Source of the DNA: Somniosus microcephalus
Lineage: Eukaryota
Direction of reading: 5' to 3'
NCBI GenBank assembly: GCA_052327205.1
Contig: JBMRGM010000038.1
Coordinates: 35,650,001-35,714,000, forward strand
DNA length: 64,000 nt
A model generated the notes under the pieces. The model saw nothing but the letters and a program-made list of their open reading frames with translations. It searched no databases and was not told the origin of the DNA. A program made the translations under genes and the position numbers. Positions 1 through 11,323 of this stretch are shown piece by piece. Each line of letters opens with the position of its first letter. Position 1 is the first letter of the stretch.

Positions 1-317
1 AGGGGATTGTTAAGATAGCTGTTTTCCCTCGATGTGCCGTGTGTTCCCCATTCCCTGTATAAGTATAGTTATTTCGTATTTGCCTGTAATTTTATACTAG
101 TAACTTCTCATAAGATTGTGTTAATTTCTGTTTCAATAAAAATCTTGGTTTTCTCACATCCAAACCACCTGTGTACTCGAGTCTTTTCTGTATCGCCACC
201 TGTACCTAAGTCCGGTGTCTAGAACCCAGGGGCGTGGGAGCAATTCAAACCGCTCACAAACAGTCAGAGGCATAACTGACTGGGCGTACGCGCCACCCCA
301 CGCCACCACCCCCTACA
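1..317 (+). mobile_element. 3' part of an LTR (3' LTR or solo LTR) from a divergent relative of the ERV family in this window
   Basis: Shares blocks with the LTR at 57006-58530 in the same order (TCGATGTGCCGTGTGTTCCCCATT, AATAAAA, CCTAAGTCC..GTCTAGAACC) and ends CCCCCTACA at 317. Host minisatellite follows, not a PBS. Confidence 0.75.
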
Positions 318-826
318 AGAGTAAAGCTCCCTCTACACAGTCCCATCAAACACTCCCAGGGCAGGTACAGCATGGGTTAGATACAGAGTAGAGCTCCCTT
401 TACAATGTCCCATCAAACACTCCCAGGGCAGGTACAGCATGGGTTAGATACAGAGTAAAGCTACCTTTAAACTGTCGCATCAAACACTTCCTTGGCAGGT
501 ACAGCACGGGTTAGAAAAAGATTAAAGCTCCCTCTACACTCTCTTATCCAACACTCCCAGGGCAGATACAGCATGAGTTAGATACAGGTTACAGCCGGGT
601 TAGATACAGAGTAAAGCTCCCTCTACACTGTCCCATCAAACACTCCCAGGGCAGGTACAGCACGGGGTTAGATACAGAGTAAAGCTCCCTCTACACTGTC
701 CCATCAAACACTCACAGGGCAGGTACAGCACAGGTTAGATACAGAGTAAAGCTACCTCTTCACTGTCCCATCAAACACTCACAGGGCAGGTACAGCGCGT
801 GTTAGATACAGAGTAAAGCTCCCTCT
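318..826. repeat. 67-bp minisatellite (AGAGTAAAGCTCCCTCTACACTGTCCCATCAAACACTCCCAGGGCAGGTACAGCACGGGTTAGATAC)n
   Basis: Unit starts at 318, 385, 452 etc.; head-to-tail with point variants and no unique spacers. Confidence 0.95.
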
Positions 827-1422
827 GCTCTGCGCAAACAAGGTCCCAAATCCCAACCTCAGAGGATCACACCCTATTAACCACCTCCCTCAGATCTCAT
901 GTTCCCACAGCTCTGGCCATTTCTGGATCCTCCCCTTCCTTCACTCCACCATTGGCACCTTGGGATGTTCTTCTGCATTAAAGGTGCGATATGATGACAA
1001 GTTAGTGTTGTTCCAGTGTGACAGTCTCCATTTCCCATCACATCCTTGATCAGTCTGTATGAAACTAGACAATTGTACTTAGAGTGACTTTGCCTCTATT
1101 TTGGGGTTTTAATTGGATAGACTGTTTCTCCCTCGTGATGTCCTTTCTGTTATCAGCAGGGACGGGGGAGCTTGTCCTGTTTTACAGACTACGAGTTAGG
1201 GGCAATGGGTGAAGCTCAGTCCCATACTGATCATCTATAAGAGGTCCTCCCCACAAGAGACAGGACACCACTAACAAGAACAAAGTGTCTGTCCAAACTA
1301 ATGTCCCACAGTACATATCAACTGATTAAGGTCCAACTTTTCGATCCGGTACAATGAGGCAATGATCCCGTCCGCATCCAGCCATTTGTAGAAGCTTCTG
1401 GAAAACCCATTGGACTCCGAGT

Positions 1423-1700
1423 GTGTGCGTGCCAGGCTCCCTGGAGAGGGAGCGGGCAATGCCCACTGGTACACTCGAGACCGCCCGTGACCAGTGGGCA
1501 CCGCAGGGAATGGAGAGTCTTATTGACACGAGTCATAATATTATGGTTTACTTTTATGAGTTTCCTGTTGTTTTGTCGAAAGAACATTCTGTGTTTGAGT
1601 TCCTTTGTCAGTTGTGCCACCATAAAGAGGGAGGCCAGGTGTAAATTCGTTCCTCTGTTGATGACACCGGGACAACCCATGTCATTTTATGGCTCAATTT
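1423..1700 (+). mobile_element. 5'-truncated Tx1/L1-clade LINE 3' fragment (ORF2 C-terminus + 3' UTR); homologues at ~32260 and ~45402
   Basis: Translates as SLERERAMPTGTLETARDQWAPQGMESLIDTSHNIMV, paralogous to ALDMEYAVSTGTLEAFRDRWAPRRMECIITPGNQILI at 27925-28087. Clade assignment is from recall. Confidence 0.55.
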
Positions 1701-1714
1701 TTAAAAATCCACAT

Positions 1715-2120
1715 TAGACATAGGAACATCGGAACAGGAGGAGGCCATTCAGCTCCTCGAGCCTGTCGCTCCATTCAATGAGATCATGGCTGATCTGGGA
1801 CCTAACTCCTTATACCCGCCTTTGGCCCATATCCCTTAATACCTTTGGTTATCAAAAATCTATCAATCTCAGATTTAAAATTAACAATTGACCCAGCAAC
1901 AACTGCCGTTAACGGAAGAGAGTTCCAAACCTCTCCCACCCTTTGTGTGTAGAAGTGTTTCCTAATTTCACTTCTGAAAGATCTGGCTCTAATTTTTAGG
2001 CCATGTCCCCTTGTCCTGAACTCCCAACCAGCGGAAATAGTTTGTCTCTGTGTACCCTATCGGTTCCCCTTAATATCTTGAAAACGTCAATCAAATCACA
2101 CCTTAACATTGTAAATTCCG
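1715..2120 (-). mobile_element. CR1 LINE 3' fragment (homologues ~32550-32960, ~45693-46100)
   Basis: Begins ACATAGGAACA..GGAGGCCATTCAGC, the reverse complement of a CR1 3' tail; similar to the end of the CR1 at 55100-55368. Confidence 0.7.
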
Positions 2121-2747
2121 AGCTTTTCACCATTGGGAAAGTACGCTGATCTATCCTTTTTAGATCCAAAGTGGATGACTACTGTATTAATGGTGCCCAT
2201 CAAAATGTGCCCTTGTGTGACTCTTTCAGGTGGGGGTGATTGACCAAATTTTAATCGGCCATCCTGGCAATAAATCCATCAGTTCTGTCTTTTTTTTCCT
2301 TTTTTTATTATTCTTTTTTTTCTTTTTTTTCAAGTTTTATTTAAAGTTTTATTACTTTACAGTTGATTAGTTTAATCAAAAGAGCACCCCTATTGGTCGA
2401 ATGTTTTCTTAAGTTACAGTCAATTGCTTTAATCAAAAAGAGCAACCAAATTTTAAATTAATTTGTTCCTCTTTTGGTAGCACCAATCAAAAAAATAAAC
2501 AAATAAGCTGTAACTAATAGAACTTTAAATAAATGTTAACAAATCAAATCAGAATTTGGTTACAGATGATTTGTTCCTCTTTTTAAAGAACCAAATAATT
2601 TTGACAAATAAAACTGTAAATAAACCGTTAAAACTTCAACCGAACCCTAAGAAATCAAATTAAAATTTGGTTTTCCAGCCCAATTATGCACTCCAGTCCC
2701 CGCGGCGCCCACCGGTCACGGAAGTGACAGTTGATTTGTTTAACCAC

Positions 2748-2876
2748 CCAATCAAAAGAGAGTCACTCCGATTGGTTGAATTAAAATAGGCCCTCCTGGC
2801 AATAAATACATGAGTTCTGTCATTGGGTAGAAATTGTGGAGCTTGGGGTTAATTGACTCAGGTTGTGTGCATAAAA
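2748..2876 (+). promoter_or_regulatory. ZP3 copy A proximal promoter: CCAAT boxes + variant TATA (CATAAAA)
   Basis: CCAAT 2748, ATTGG 2771 and 2822, CATAAAA 2870-2876, about 50 nt before the ATG. Copies B and C have TATAAAA at the same place. Confidence 0.6.
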
Positions 2877-2920
2877 GGTGCTTGTTGATGGGTGCAGGGA
2901 TAGTTGAGTTGTTTAGTATC

Positions 2921-5784
2921 ATGGGGGATTTTGTAGTGAGGGGTTTGCTCCCAGTGCTGGTGTTAGTTGGAGCTGTTTGTTCCTCTGATATTTGGCAACA
3001 GTTTGGGGGCCAGAGGTTTCCATGGAGAAGAGTAAAAGTCACCCCTGGGCCTCAGAGAGTCCCTTCTCCTGGGTCTCCCTTTGGCTCCGGTTTCAGTGTG
3101 TCTGAGGGGCGCAGTGTGTCTCCACTGCAGACTGTGAGGGTGCAGTGTGGAGAGCACAACCTGCTGGTCAGGGTACAGATGGATTTATTTGGAACCAGGC
3201 ACCTGATTAAAGCTGCTGACCTGACCCTGGGGACGGCAGGTTGTCGGCCAACTGGGATCTACTCTCAGAACCACACCGTCCTCTTTGATTATGGGCTCCA
3301 TGAGTGTGGCAGCAGAGTGAGGGTAATGTGATTCCTCAACTCTTGCTCTAAGCTTGGAGTATGGATTAGACCCAATTCTTCATTCCTACTCTTGGTGAAA
3401 TGTCATTGATGTTGAGATTCCTGTCTCTTGCTTTTAAATCCTCAGACTTGTGTTGAATTATGCATTGTCCTTTTGCTTTAACTGGTTTTCCTTAGTCTCT
3501 CCAACAATGTCATGTCAGCACTATTGGCCTTGATCCTTGACTTGGTTCTTCCAAACTTTTCCTTCCTTACATCCTGTCTTGTGGATTTTCTGGTCACTGG
3601 GAATTCAGTTTAATGGTTCAGTTATCTACAATATTCAGCTTTTTATCTCCCACTCCGTGTAGAATACAGGGGAGCCTCGATTAAATGAGGATTTAATCTT
3701 GTTCTTTTCATTGCTCCAAATTATCAACCTCTGGCTCCTTTATTGAATCTTTATTCTGTTTAATTGTCTTGTGCTTGCAATCCCCCTCCTTGCTTTAGCT
3801 GCTGAGGCTGCACAACTTCCAACCACCTGAGTAGAATGTTGTCCATTTCTGAACCTGATGTCTTTCAGATGTCTGGAGATTTCCTGGTCTATGCCACCCA
3901 CCTGAACCACACCCCCAAGGCCCATGGATCTGTCATTGTGAGAACTAATGGAGCTGTCGTTCCCATTGAGTGCCACTATTTTAGGTAAGATTCTTTACAC
4001 TGTCGTGAATAACGTCTACAGCTGGTGTAGTTCTCTGACCTTGTCCTAAAATGGCTCCATTGTCTTTCCAGGAAGGGCAATGTGAGCAGTGACCCGATCA
4101 AGCCCACCTGGATCCCGTTCAGCTCCACCAAGTCTGGAGAGGGGCTTCTGTCATTCTCTCTGCACCTAATGAACGGTATGTGATGGGTGGATGGGGAATG
4201 ACTTCCTGTAGTCACCCACTGGCAGTTGTACCCAGTCTCCAACCCTTGTCCCTCTTGTACTTCAGATGACTGGCTCACAGAGCGCACCTCGACTGTCTAC
4301 TACCTGGGTGACCTCATTCACATTGAGGCCTCTGTTTCAATGACCAACCACATGCCCCTGAAGCTCTACATTGATCGCTGTGTCGCTACGTTAAGCCCAG
4401 ACACGGACTCCACCCCGAGATACAGCATCATTGACTACAATGGGTAAGGAGCACTCTGCTTTCTCCAGCTAGTCCTGTCTCAATGGCTTCTCTTGATTCA
4501 CTCAATGTCCCTTTTTTAAAAAATTATTTCTTCAGTTGCCTCCTGGACAGCAAAGCTGAGGACTCCTTCTCAACCTTCGTGTTGCCAAGAGACGGGCGTG
4601 AGCTGGACAAGCTCCACTTTGACCTGGATGCGTTCCGCTTCTTTGGAGATGACCGTTCCTTGGTAAGAGGAAGCCGACCATTGCAAAGTATTTACAGCCA
4701 ATCTGCATAACTGGCTTGTGCTCCACACGAGTGTCCTCCCACCCCTCTTCATCTAACTCTCCAACATATCCTTCTATTCCTTTCTCCCTCATGTGTTTAT
4801 CTAGCTTCCCCTTAAATGCATCTACACTATTTGCCTCAACCACTCCCTGTGGTAGTGAGTTCCACATTCTCACCACTCTCTGGGTAAAGAAGTTTCCCCT
4901 GAAATCCCTCTGCTGTATATCCTGTGATCCTATGAATCACTAACATTAACCACTTTTCTCTGTTTCTAGCCAGCTTGCTATCCATTCTGCTACTTGTCCC
5001 CTGAATCCACCTGTTCATTGAGTTCCCAAGTTGGGAGGGAGTCACTATATAATGACTTGTGTTGACTGTGTCCCTCAGATTTTCATCTCCTGTCACCTGA
5101 AGGTTGCTGCAGTGGATCGGAGAGATTCCATGAGCAAAGCTTGTACTTTCCAGAGGATGCAGAATGTGTAAGTGCCCCCTCTCTCCCTCAGGGATGTGTT
5201 GTGTGGGGAAGTGATGCCCAACCTGATTGTGAAACTGATTCTCTTGTTTAGCTGGGCCCCATTGGAAGTATCCAACAATGACATTTGTGCCTGTTGTCAC
5301 TTGGGCAACTGCAGTGCCACAAGGGAGTTTGGATTTGATTCCAGAGGAAGGAGGGATCTTGTACCTGAAGCTGGTAGGACATTGATTCTCTAGATGTTGG
5401 AGGTTGCCCTTTACCCTCTCTCTAACTGGAATGTTTGATATTGCAGCGAGTGATGCTGAATTGAAGTGGGAGGGTGAGGCCTCCCTTGGACCCCTGGTCA
5501 TTCTGGACACTGATGTGACCGACCTGGCAACCGAGTCCCTTAATGAGGTTGAGCAGCGGATGCAGGAGAGGTCTCCAGGTGGTGAGTTGGCCGACTGCTA
5601 GTTTCCATTTCCCCCTCAGTATTTCCTTCACTCACTGTTGGTTTCTCATTGCTGTTTAGGTGTGGAGTCTGAGGTGGTCCTGATGTTGGCCCTGACTGTG
5701 ACTGCTGTCTCTCTGATCTCTGCTTCGTTGATCGCCTTGTTCCTGTACAGGAAACACAAGCAAACCCTGCGCAACAACTTGTGA
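2921..5784 (+). CDS. zp3: Zona pellucida sperm-binding protein 3 (ZP3/ZPC), copy A, 9 exons, 465 aa
   Basis: Exons 2921-3322, 3869-3984, 4072-4175, 4266-4443, 4536-4662, 5079-5167, 5252-5373, 5447-5581, 5660-5784; all GT-AG, sum 1398 nt, open frame. Signal peptide; ZP-N ([35 protein letters not shown]); ZP-C ([43 protein letters not shown]); furin site RGRR; [12 protein letters not shown]; TM helix; AATAAA 5787-5792. Confidence 0.95.
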
Positions 5785-6229
5785 TTAATAAAGTGGTGAA
5801 ATTAGCAAATCTGTAATGGTTATTGCTTACATTTGGTCATTGATCAAGGCTGGGGATTTGCATTCTGAATATGGGAAGTTTTCCATATTTATTTACTTCC
5901 ATTAATGATTCTTGACCCAGTGGCATGCCTGCTGAGTGTATTTAAGCTTTTCACCAGATATCAGGCTACTGGGGTATCTGCCCCATTTCACTAGTTTATT
6001 AACAGCAACTTGGAAGTGTTTGCCTGGAGCGAGTTATCTTGGCCTGCTGTTTGTCCCTTGTTAAGGAGCTTTGTGGGGCTCTTGTGGAGTGAGGTTAGTG
6101 GGACTGATTATTGAGCCCCATGAAATTGCCATGTTCCTGGAAATTTTAATGCTGGGATTAGTTTATTACTAGAAGTGGAGGTTGTTTAGTCCTCTATAAC
6201 TGACTGGGATAATGAGTCTAAATGGGGTA

Positions 6230-6700
6230 GATGTCCATATTATAAAAATGATAGCCGCACTAGTGAGGGTGCAAAACATTTACTAGGATGATGCCAGAAC
6301 TGAGATTATTATTAGGAAAGATTGACCTGTTTGGGTTGCCTTCTTTTGGAAAGAGAAGGCTGAGGGTGTTTAAAATTACGACTGGGTTCGATGGGTTAGA
6401 TATCGAGATGTTTCCACTTGGGGGCAAGACCAGAACTAGGGGCCTGTAACTACAAGGTAGTAACTAACTAATGACTCCAATGGTGAATTCAGGAGAAACT
6501 TCTTTACCCAGAGAGTGGTGAGAATGTGGATCTCGCTAGCGCGGAGTGGTTGAGGCGAATGGTGTAGCTGCATTTAAGGGGGAGCTCGAAGCATGAGGGA
6601 GGAATAGAAGGATATGTTTGGGTGAGATGAAGGGTGGGAGGAGGCTCGTGTGGAGCATAGACTAGTTGGGATGAATAGCCTGTTTGTGTTGTCGATGGCT
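6230..6700 (+). mobile_element. Degenerate CR1 LINE 3' fragment (homologues ~19840-20310, ~36850-37310, ~50000-50460)
   Basis: Translates as ALARVQKTFTRMIPEL..RRLR.. and NFFTQRVV, matching the C-terminus of the intact CR1 ORF2 at 52342-55278. Confidence 0.8.
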
Positions 6701-6768
6701 TGTTAACCTGCAGGTTAACATCACCTGAGGAATTGCATCTCTGAAGGCCCCTTAAATGGCTTTCGGTG

Positions 6769-7004
6769 TTGGCCGTGGCTCAGTGGGCAGCACTCTAGCC
6801 TGAGTCGGAAGGTCGTAGGTTCAAATCCCACTATAGAAACCTTGAGTACAAAAGCCAGGCTGACGCCCCCAGTGCTGCACTGTCGGAGGTGCCATCTTTC
6901 GGATGAGAAGTTAAACCGAGGCCACTTCTGGCCCCTCGGGTGGATGTAAAAGATCCTATGACAGTTTTGGAAGAAGAGCAGGGGAGTTTTTCCCTCTGAC
7001 CAAT
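6769..7004 (+). mobile_element. tRNA-derived SINE (SacSINE1/DeuSINE-like), cut at 7004 by the ERV LTR
   Basis: Pol III A box TGGCTCAGTGG, B box GGTTCAAATCC, then a Deu-domain-like core. The uninterrupted paralogue is at 20385-20750. Confidence 0.8.
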
Positions 7005-7474
7005 TGTAGGGGGTTTCTCTTGCTCGGTCTGGTCTCCTGCCAGGCTTTGTGCAATAATTACCCTTGAGTGGTTCGACCCACTCCCCCTACGGTTCTAGAC
7101 CTTGGACTTAGATGCAGAGAACTGTAGTGCAGAGAAAGGACTCAATAGACCAGGTTGAATAGCACGAAATGGATGCTTTTATTTTGGAACAGTTTGAAGC
7201 ATTACAAAATACATGTCATAGGCACAGATTAAAGTAACTACAATCATGCACAAATTTATGAACTTGACTCTATGGAAATGGGGAGCACACGGCACATCGT
7301 AAAAGGGAAAACACATTACGATTTACCTTAACTCCCTCCCCTATACCTAAACTAAGTTTCGACCTGAGGAACTTGGGATCATGCTCACCACTCAAAATCG
7401 CGAAAAAGGGGGTTCGCAGCCTTTTGGCACCGCTTTCCGTCGTCACATGGATTTGGAAACTTCTGGCGCAGTCG

Positions 7475-7516
<42 letters not shown>

Positions 7517-8578
7517 GCGCTTGAGGCGGCGGGGTAGACACAGCCTCGATGAGCGCTCGTCAAGGTTGAAGATCAGCTACAAGCTGTTGAAGAACTGCAT
7601 GCAAATGGGAGAATTCTGAAGGTCTCTGGCCGGATGGTATGCCGAGGACCTTTCTCGCTCCCGCCTGGCTCGGTGGCTTTCCAGAGGGTTTCTTCTCCTT
7701 CGGCCTGGGTCGTCGATGATCTCCCGACCCCAGTACCCGGGCCACCCTTGTCATCTTCCCGTCGTCACCGAGCCTTGTCTGGCTGAACACCGACCACGTT
7801 GTCTTTTCACCGAAATTGTCCGTCCGAAGCGTCTTTAAAAAGACGAAGCGTCTTCATCGATTCCGAAACTACCGAGGTAGAAGAGGCGCCGATCTTGGAT
7901 CGGTGTAACCGTCACCGTCCGTCCTTCGTTCGTCCGTTCGTTCCGTCGATGACTCCGATCGTTCCCCGATTCACTCCGTAACTTTTGATGGACTTTCAAT
8001 CCATAGTTATACTCTTTTGGGACAGTCTTATCTCCCGCCAAATCATAGTCCTGTCTTTGTATTAATTTTGGCGGGCAGAAATCTCTGCAGGGGCGCTTTG
8101 TCTTGTAACGGGAGCCGGTGATAACTTAACTGGCCTTCCTGGCCGATAATGTCTTTTAATGTTTTTTACATTGTCATCGCGACTCGGTTCGCATATTGAC
8201 CGGTCCGGAGATTTTCCTTGATGGCTGTTAAACGGTTTCTCCTTTGTACAATAAATGGGTATGAGTGTTTTTGCATTGTCCGCCCATATCTTGATGGGCC
8301 CCATCCTGTACTTAGAATCCATTGAATATGTATGCTGTTTCCCTGAGTTTCGGTTCCCAGATACTGGCTTTCGCGGGCTTACTGTCTTCAATCCACAAGC
8401 CTGTCTGGCTTGCAGTAACAGAAATCAAACGGTCCAGAAAACTGATCACGAGGCCCGGCGGCCATTTTGTATGCCCTTTAATCAAAGGTTTTTCTGTGCA
8501 AGCTTACTTTGGTCAATAAACTGTCTTATTTTATCCTGTTTTCTTGCGTGATTATTGCTGAAAATTTCGAATCTTACA
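7005..8578 (-). repeat. 3' LTR of ERV copy 1 (1574 bp)
   Basis: Direct repeat of 17809-19369; termini TGTAAG...CCCCTACA on the minus strand; (CT)n at ~7478-7514; YY1-like AAAATGGCCGCC; AATAAAA near the U5 end. Confidence 0.95.
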
Positions 8579-8590
8579 GGCCCCCCTGTG
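8579..8590 (-). other. Polypurine tract (short: CACAGGGGGG-CC abutting the 3' LTR)
   Basis: G6 run 2 nt upstream of the LTR TG on the minus strand. Confidence 0.65.
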
Positions 8591-8966
8591 ATACTGATAG
8601 CTTGCTAGAGGTATCAATAATCCTTGGTGAGCAAATTTTCCCTGATTCCCCACGTCCAAACATTCCTGGCACTTAACTATCTATGACCCTCACGACACAT
8701 GCAGTTTCCATTTCCGAAAAAAACGAAAATTACCTTTTGCCCACTTGGACAATCATAGGCAGCATATCTTAAACTATAACACATTCATCTGTCAGATGTG
8801 CAGGGGTTGATACCTCCTTGCACCACCTGCATACACCTTTTATTAATCAAAAAACTTAAGAATGACTATTAACATAACAATATTCATATCCTTAAAACCA
8901 AAAACAAAACACGCAAATGACCAAAATCTAAAAATGGAGGGACGCTTAACCTTCAATACTAGCAGC

Positions 8967-10673
8967 TTAGAGTGGGGTGTCTTCTTCCCCCATTCGCACA
9001 TCGCGTTCTCTCCATTCTCCTGTGTTCTCGTGCCTCTGGAGGCGTTTGCCTCTTTTGCAATGCATGAAAAGCAAAAATATCACAATTAAAACCTGACACA
9101 CTACTAGGATGTGGGACGCTATTCTAATCCAGGCTGGGACCTCTATGTTAGTGAACAAGTCCCACCATGGTGGGATGGTTATGTCTAATATGTCTTTTCC
9201 TATCTCTAAAGTCTTCTGCTCCAGTGTGTAAAAATGTTTCTGTGAAACTATAACAGCTTTTAAAATCTTGGTGAGGTGTTCGGGAAGAGGGGGAATGACA
9301 TAACCAAAATGCGCGACGAATCGTTGCAAGTCTGTGAAATTCTCTTTGACAGTGAGGTGAACGGTGGAGGGTGCAGGAATGGGGACAATTCGTTGTTGTG
9401 CCACTTGAACCTCGGCCCTTGGTTTGAAACAGAAACTGCTATCACTGATCGAACACCACTCGTGTTGTCCGTAGCGGTAGTGAGGCGCTGCAGTGGTGAC
9501 GCAGTATGTCCCACCCCCGATATATGCTACCTGCGGGGGCACATGGTCCTCTGCCATTGCCTCCATGGTGCAATTTATCGGCTTCGCGCTAACGGTTCTG
9601 AACCTGCACTGTGGTTTCAAAAAGGCATTCAAGTGCTGGGGACACAAGATGATGTGTGCTCCCCGGCTCCGACATCTCGAGAGGTCGGTGCCTGTCATCG
9701 TACGCTCCCATCTGATGACGTAAGGCGGGACCACTGCGTAACGAATGTGTTCACCCCCCTGAATGACTCCAATGTTCTCCACCCTGTATACCGGGGCGGG
9801 CTTTGCTGCGGGACCCAACACCGGCATTCTTACCACTATTCCCATGATAGTATGATTCGAACGTCCGCAGTCCACTGGGACTGGGTACACTTCTGCAGCT
9901 AGTCTGAGCTGGCACGGGCTTAATGCATTCTCAAAAGGGTGGAGCGCTTGCAAGTGCTTGTTGCTGATCCAGGACGGGACCAAACCCTGTTTTAAATCCT
10001 CAAGATTACTGTGACCCTCGCCCAGTAACCACGCCCCGTATAGCACACAGGCCTCGTTTTGCGCAGCTTGATCGGACGCATTCCGATCCTCCTTAATGAG
10101 CGCATTTACTGTTCTCGCGTGTCTCTCCAGCTCAGCTATTATTTCCTTAAAGTGTAGTGTCATGGCCTGATCCTCATGTAACTCAGAACCCACTACCTTA
10201 TTTTCATCTGTCAGTATGTTCCTTAACTGGGCTTTTAAACCGTTGATCTGTGTCTGCAGCTCCACGTTATCTAGAGCGTTGACGACAGATGTCCCGGTAT
10301 TAAAAGCAGTGAATATGTCATTTACTGTACCCCTTCTTTGCCTCCCGACTCGATCCAAAACTTCTGGTGGTGTGGTGTATAATTTGTCTTTGTCGATGTC
10401 GGCAAAATCAAACTCGTAAAACTGTCTAAACATTCGGGTTAACAGGACCTGATATAATTGTTCCGTTTCTTTGGGACACCACTCCGGCAATCGTACCTCA
10501 GTGAGGTTTAAAATCACTGAGGCCACCGCGTAGTGTACCCCTTGGTACAGCACCTGACCGGTGGGTACCAATACTAAACCGTTCCCGGGTCCCTTGGTGG
10601 TGGTTGGGCACCCTTCTTTCTGGGCTAGTGCTCCGGAAGCGTGGGCAGGGGCTTGCGTGGGCGGGTGATGAGT
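8967..10673 (-). CDS. env: Env fusogen portion, class I paramyxovirus/pneumovirus-F-like
   Basis: Frame open from 10673 with no ATG/signal peptide at its start. RQRR furin site, fusion-peptide-like GTVNDIFTAFNTGTSVVNAL, heptad repeat, Cys-rich block, second heptad, TM (IASHILVVCQVLIVIFLLFMHC), short tail. Confidence 0.85.
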   Translation of the reverse strand, partial: THHPPTQAPAHASGALAQKEGCPTTTKGPGNGLVLVPTGQVLYQGVHYAVASVILNLTEVRLPEWCPKETEQLYQVLLTRMFRQFYEFDFADIDKDKLYTTPPEVLDRVGRQRRGTVNDIFTAFNTGTSVVNALDNVELQTQINGLKAQLRNILTDENKVVGSELHEDQAMTLHFKEIIAELERHARTVNALIKEDRNASDQAAQNEACVLYGAWLLGEGHSNLEDLKQGLVPSWISNKHLQALHPFENALSPCQLRLAAEVYPVPVDCGRSNHTIMGIVVRMPVLGPAAKPAPVYRVENIGVIQGGEHIRYAVVPPYVIRWERTMTGTDLSRCRSRGAHIILCPQHLNAFLKPQCRFRTVSAKPINCTMEAMAEDHVPPQVAYIGGGTYCVTTAAPHYRYGQHEWCSISDSSFCFKPRAEVQVAQQRIVPIPAPSTVHLTVKENFTDLQRFVAHFGYVIPPLPEHLTKILKAVIVSQKHFYTLEQKTLEIGKDILDITIPPWWDLFTNIEVPAWIRIASHILVVCQVLIVIFLLFMHCKRGKRLQRHENTGEWRERDVRMGEEDTPL

Positions 10674-11323
10674 TCAGTGGCGTTTACCGGAATAGGGGAG
10701 TATGGGGCTCCGCACGCTCGAGTGCTCACATCCCATCTCATCCCCTTTCCTTCATCCTGCCACTGCCTCTGGAAGAAGATGGATACGCCCTTGGGGCAAA
10801 CGTGTCTTGAACCCCACATACAGACATATATTCCTTCATCTGGTTCCCACCATTTGTCCCAACACACACGTAATTGTCCGTGAGTCCCCGTAATAGTCCG
10901 ATGGGTATTATTACCCAGTCGCTCCCACTCGACTGTAGAGTTCCTCATGTCTTTTCCCAGCTTTCGCAGCCACCACCATCGCCTTAGTGGTACGTTCCCA
11001 TTACACACCAGACAGATCCTCTTTCCCACGGTAACGCTGACTCTGGGTGCAAGGATCCTCACCCGAGGGCTCGTTAACGAAGTCTCTTGGTAGGCAAAAC
11101 CGAAATTGCTGGAGTATTCCGTAGAATTCGTTCCCAGCCAACCTGGCCATCTCCCCTGGTGGAAGTAGGTGGCGGTTTCCTCAGCCTCTCGCTCCCCTGT
11201 CCCATCCGTTGCGATGGGGGCCGTGTCCCCGGAACACCCGAAGATGATGACGTCCTTGGTGCGGCCTCGGTAGGCCCACCCGCACCCGATCGCCACGAAC
11301 ATGATGAGAATCTTTTTCATCAT
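10625..11323 (-). CDS. Signal peptide + immunoglobulin-like domain ORF; probable N-terminal part of env, separated by a -1 frameshift
   Basis: ATG 11323 (MMKKILIMFVAIGCGWA), 11 nt after a splice-acceptor-like TTTTATTGGTTACAG. Ig motifs VSVTVGKRICLVC / WWWLRK / GQLRV / DEGIYVC. Overlaps the F-like frame at 10673-10625. Confidence 0.7.
   Translation of the reverse strand: MMKKILIMFVAIGCGWAYRGRTKDVIIFGCSGDTAPIATDGTGEREAEETATYFHQGRWPGWLGTNSTEYSSNFGFAYQETSLTSPRVRILAPRVSVTVGKRICLVCNGNVPLRRWWWLRKLGKDMRNSTVEWERLGNNTHRTITGTHGQLRVCWDKWWEPDEGIYVCMWGSRHVCPKGVSIFFQRQWQDEGKGMRWDVSTRACGAPYSPIPVNATELITRPRKPLPTLPEH

Noticed and set aside
318-826. 67-bp and 49-bp arrays as CRISPR-like loci
   Set aside because: Contiguous tandem units without unique spacers, no cas genes, vertebrate context.
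2834-2920. N-terminal extension of ZP3 from upstream TTG/ATG starts in the ORF track
   Set aside because: The TTG lies upstream of the TATA box, the ATG at 2888 is GTG in copy C, and the signal peptide begins at ATG 2921.
4836-5510. 224-aa antisense ORF and other short ORFs over ZP3 exons, gag, pol and CR1
   Set aside because: Shadow frames of real coding sequence; broken in copy B; no motifs.
6769-6845. tRNA-like sequences at SINE heads
   Set aside because: A/B boxes are present but run into a SINE body and recur as degenerate copies; not tRNA genes.
5757-7004. 1.25-kb flanking repeat as a giant target-site duplication
   Set aside because: The two copies differ at many sites, about as much as other array units, so they are paralogous flanks.
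8062-8391. 109-aa sense ORF inside the LTR as an accessory gene
   Set aside because: TTG start, no recognisable motif, truncated by an indel in the copy 2 LTR (57192-57458). It recurs only because LTRs are repeats.
10625-10673. Programmed frameshift or editing site between the Ig ORF and the F-like ORF
   Set aside because: No X_XXY_YYZ heptamer or A-run in the overlap; a 1-nt deletion is more parsimonious pending other copies.
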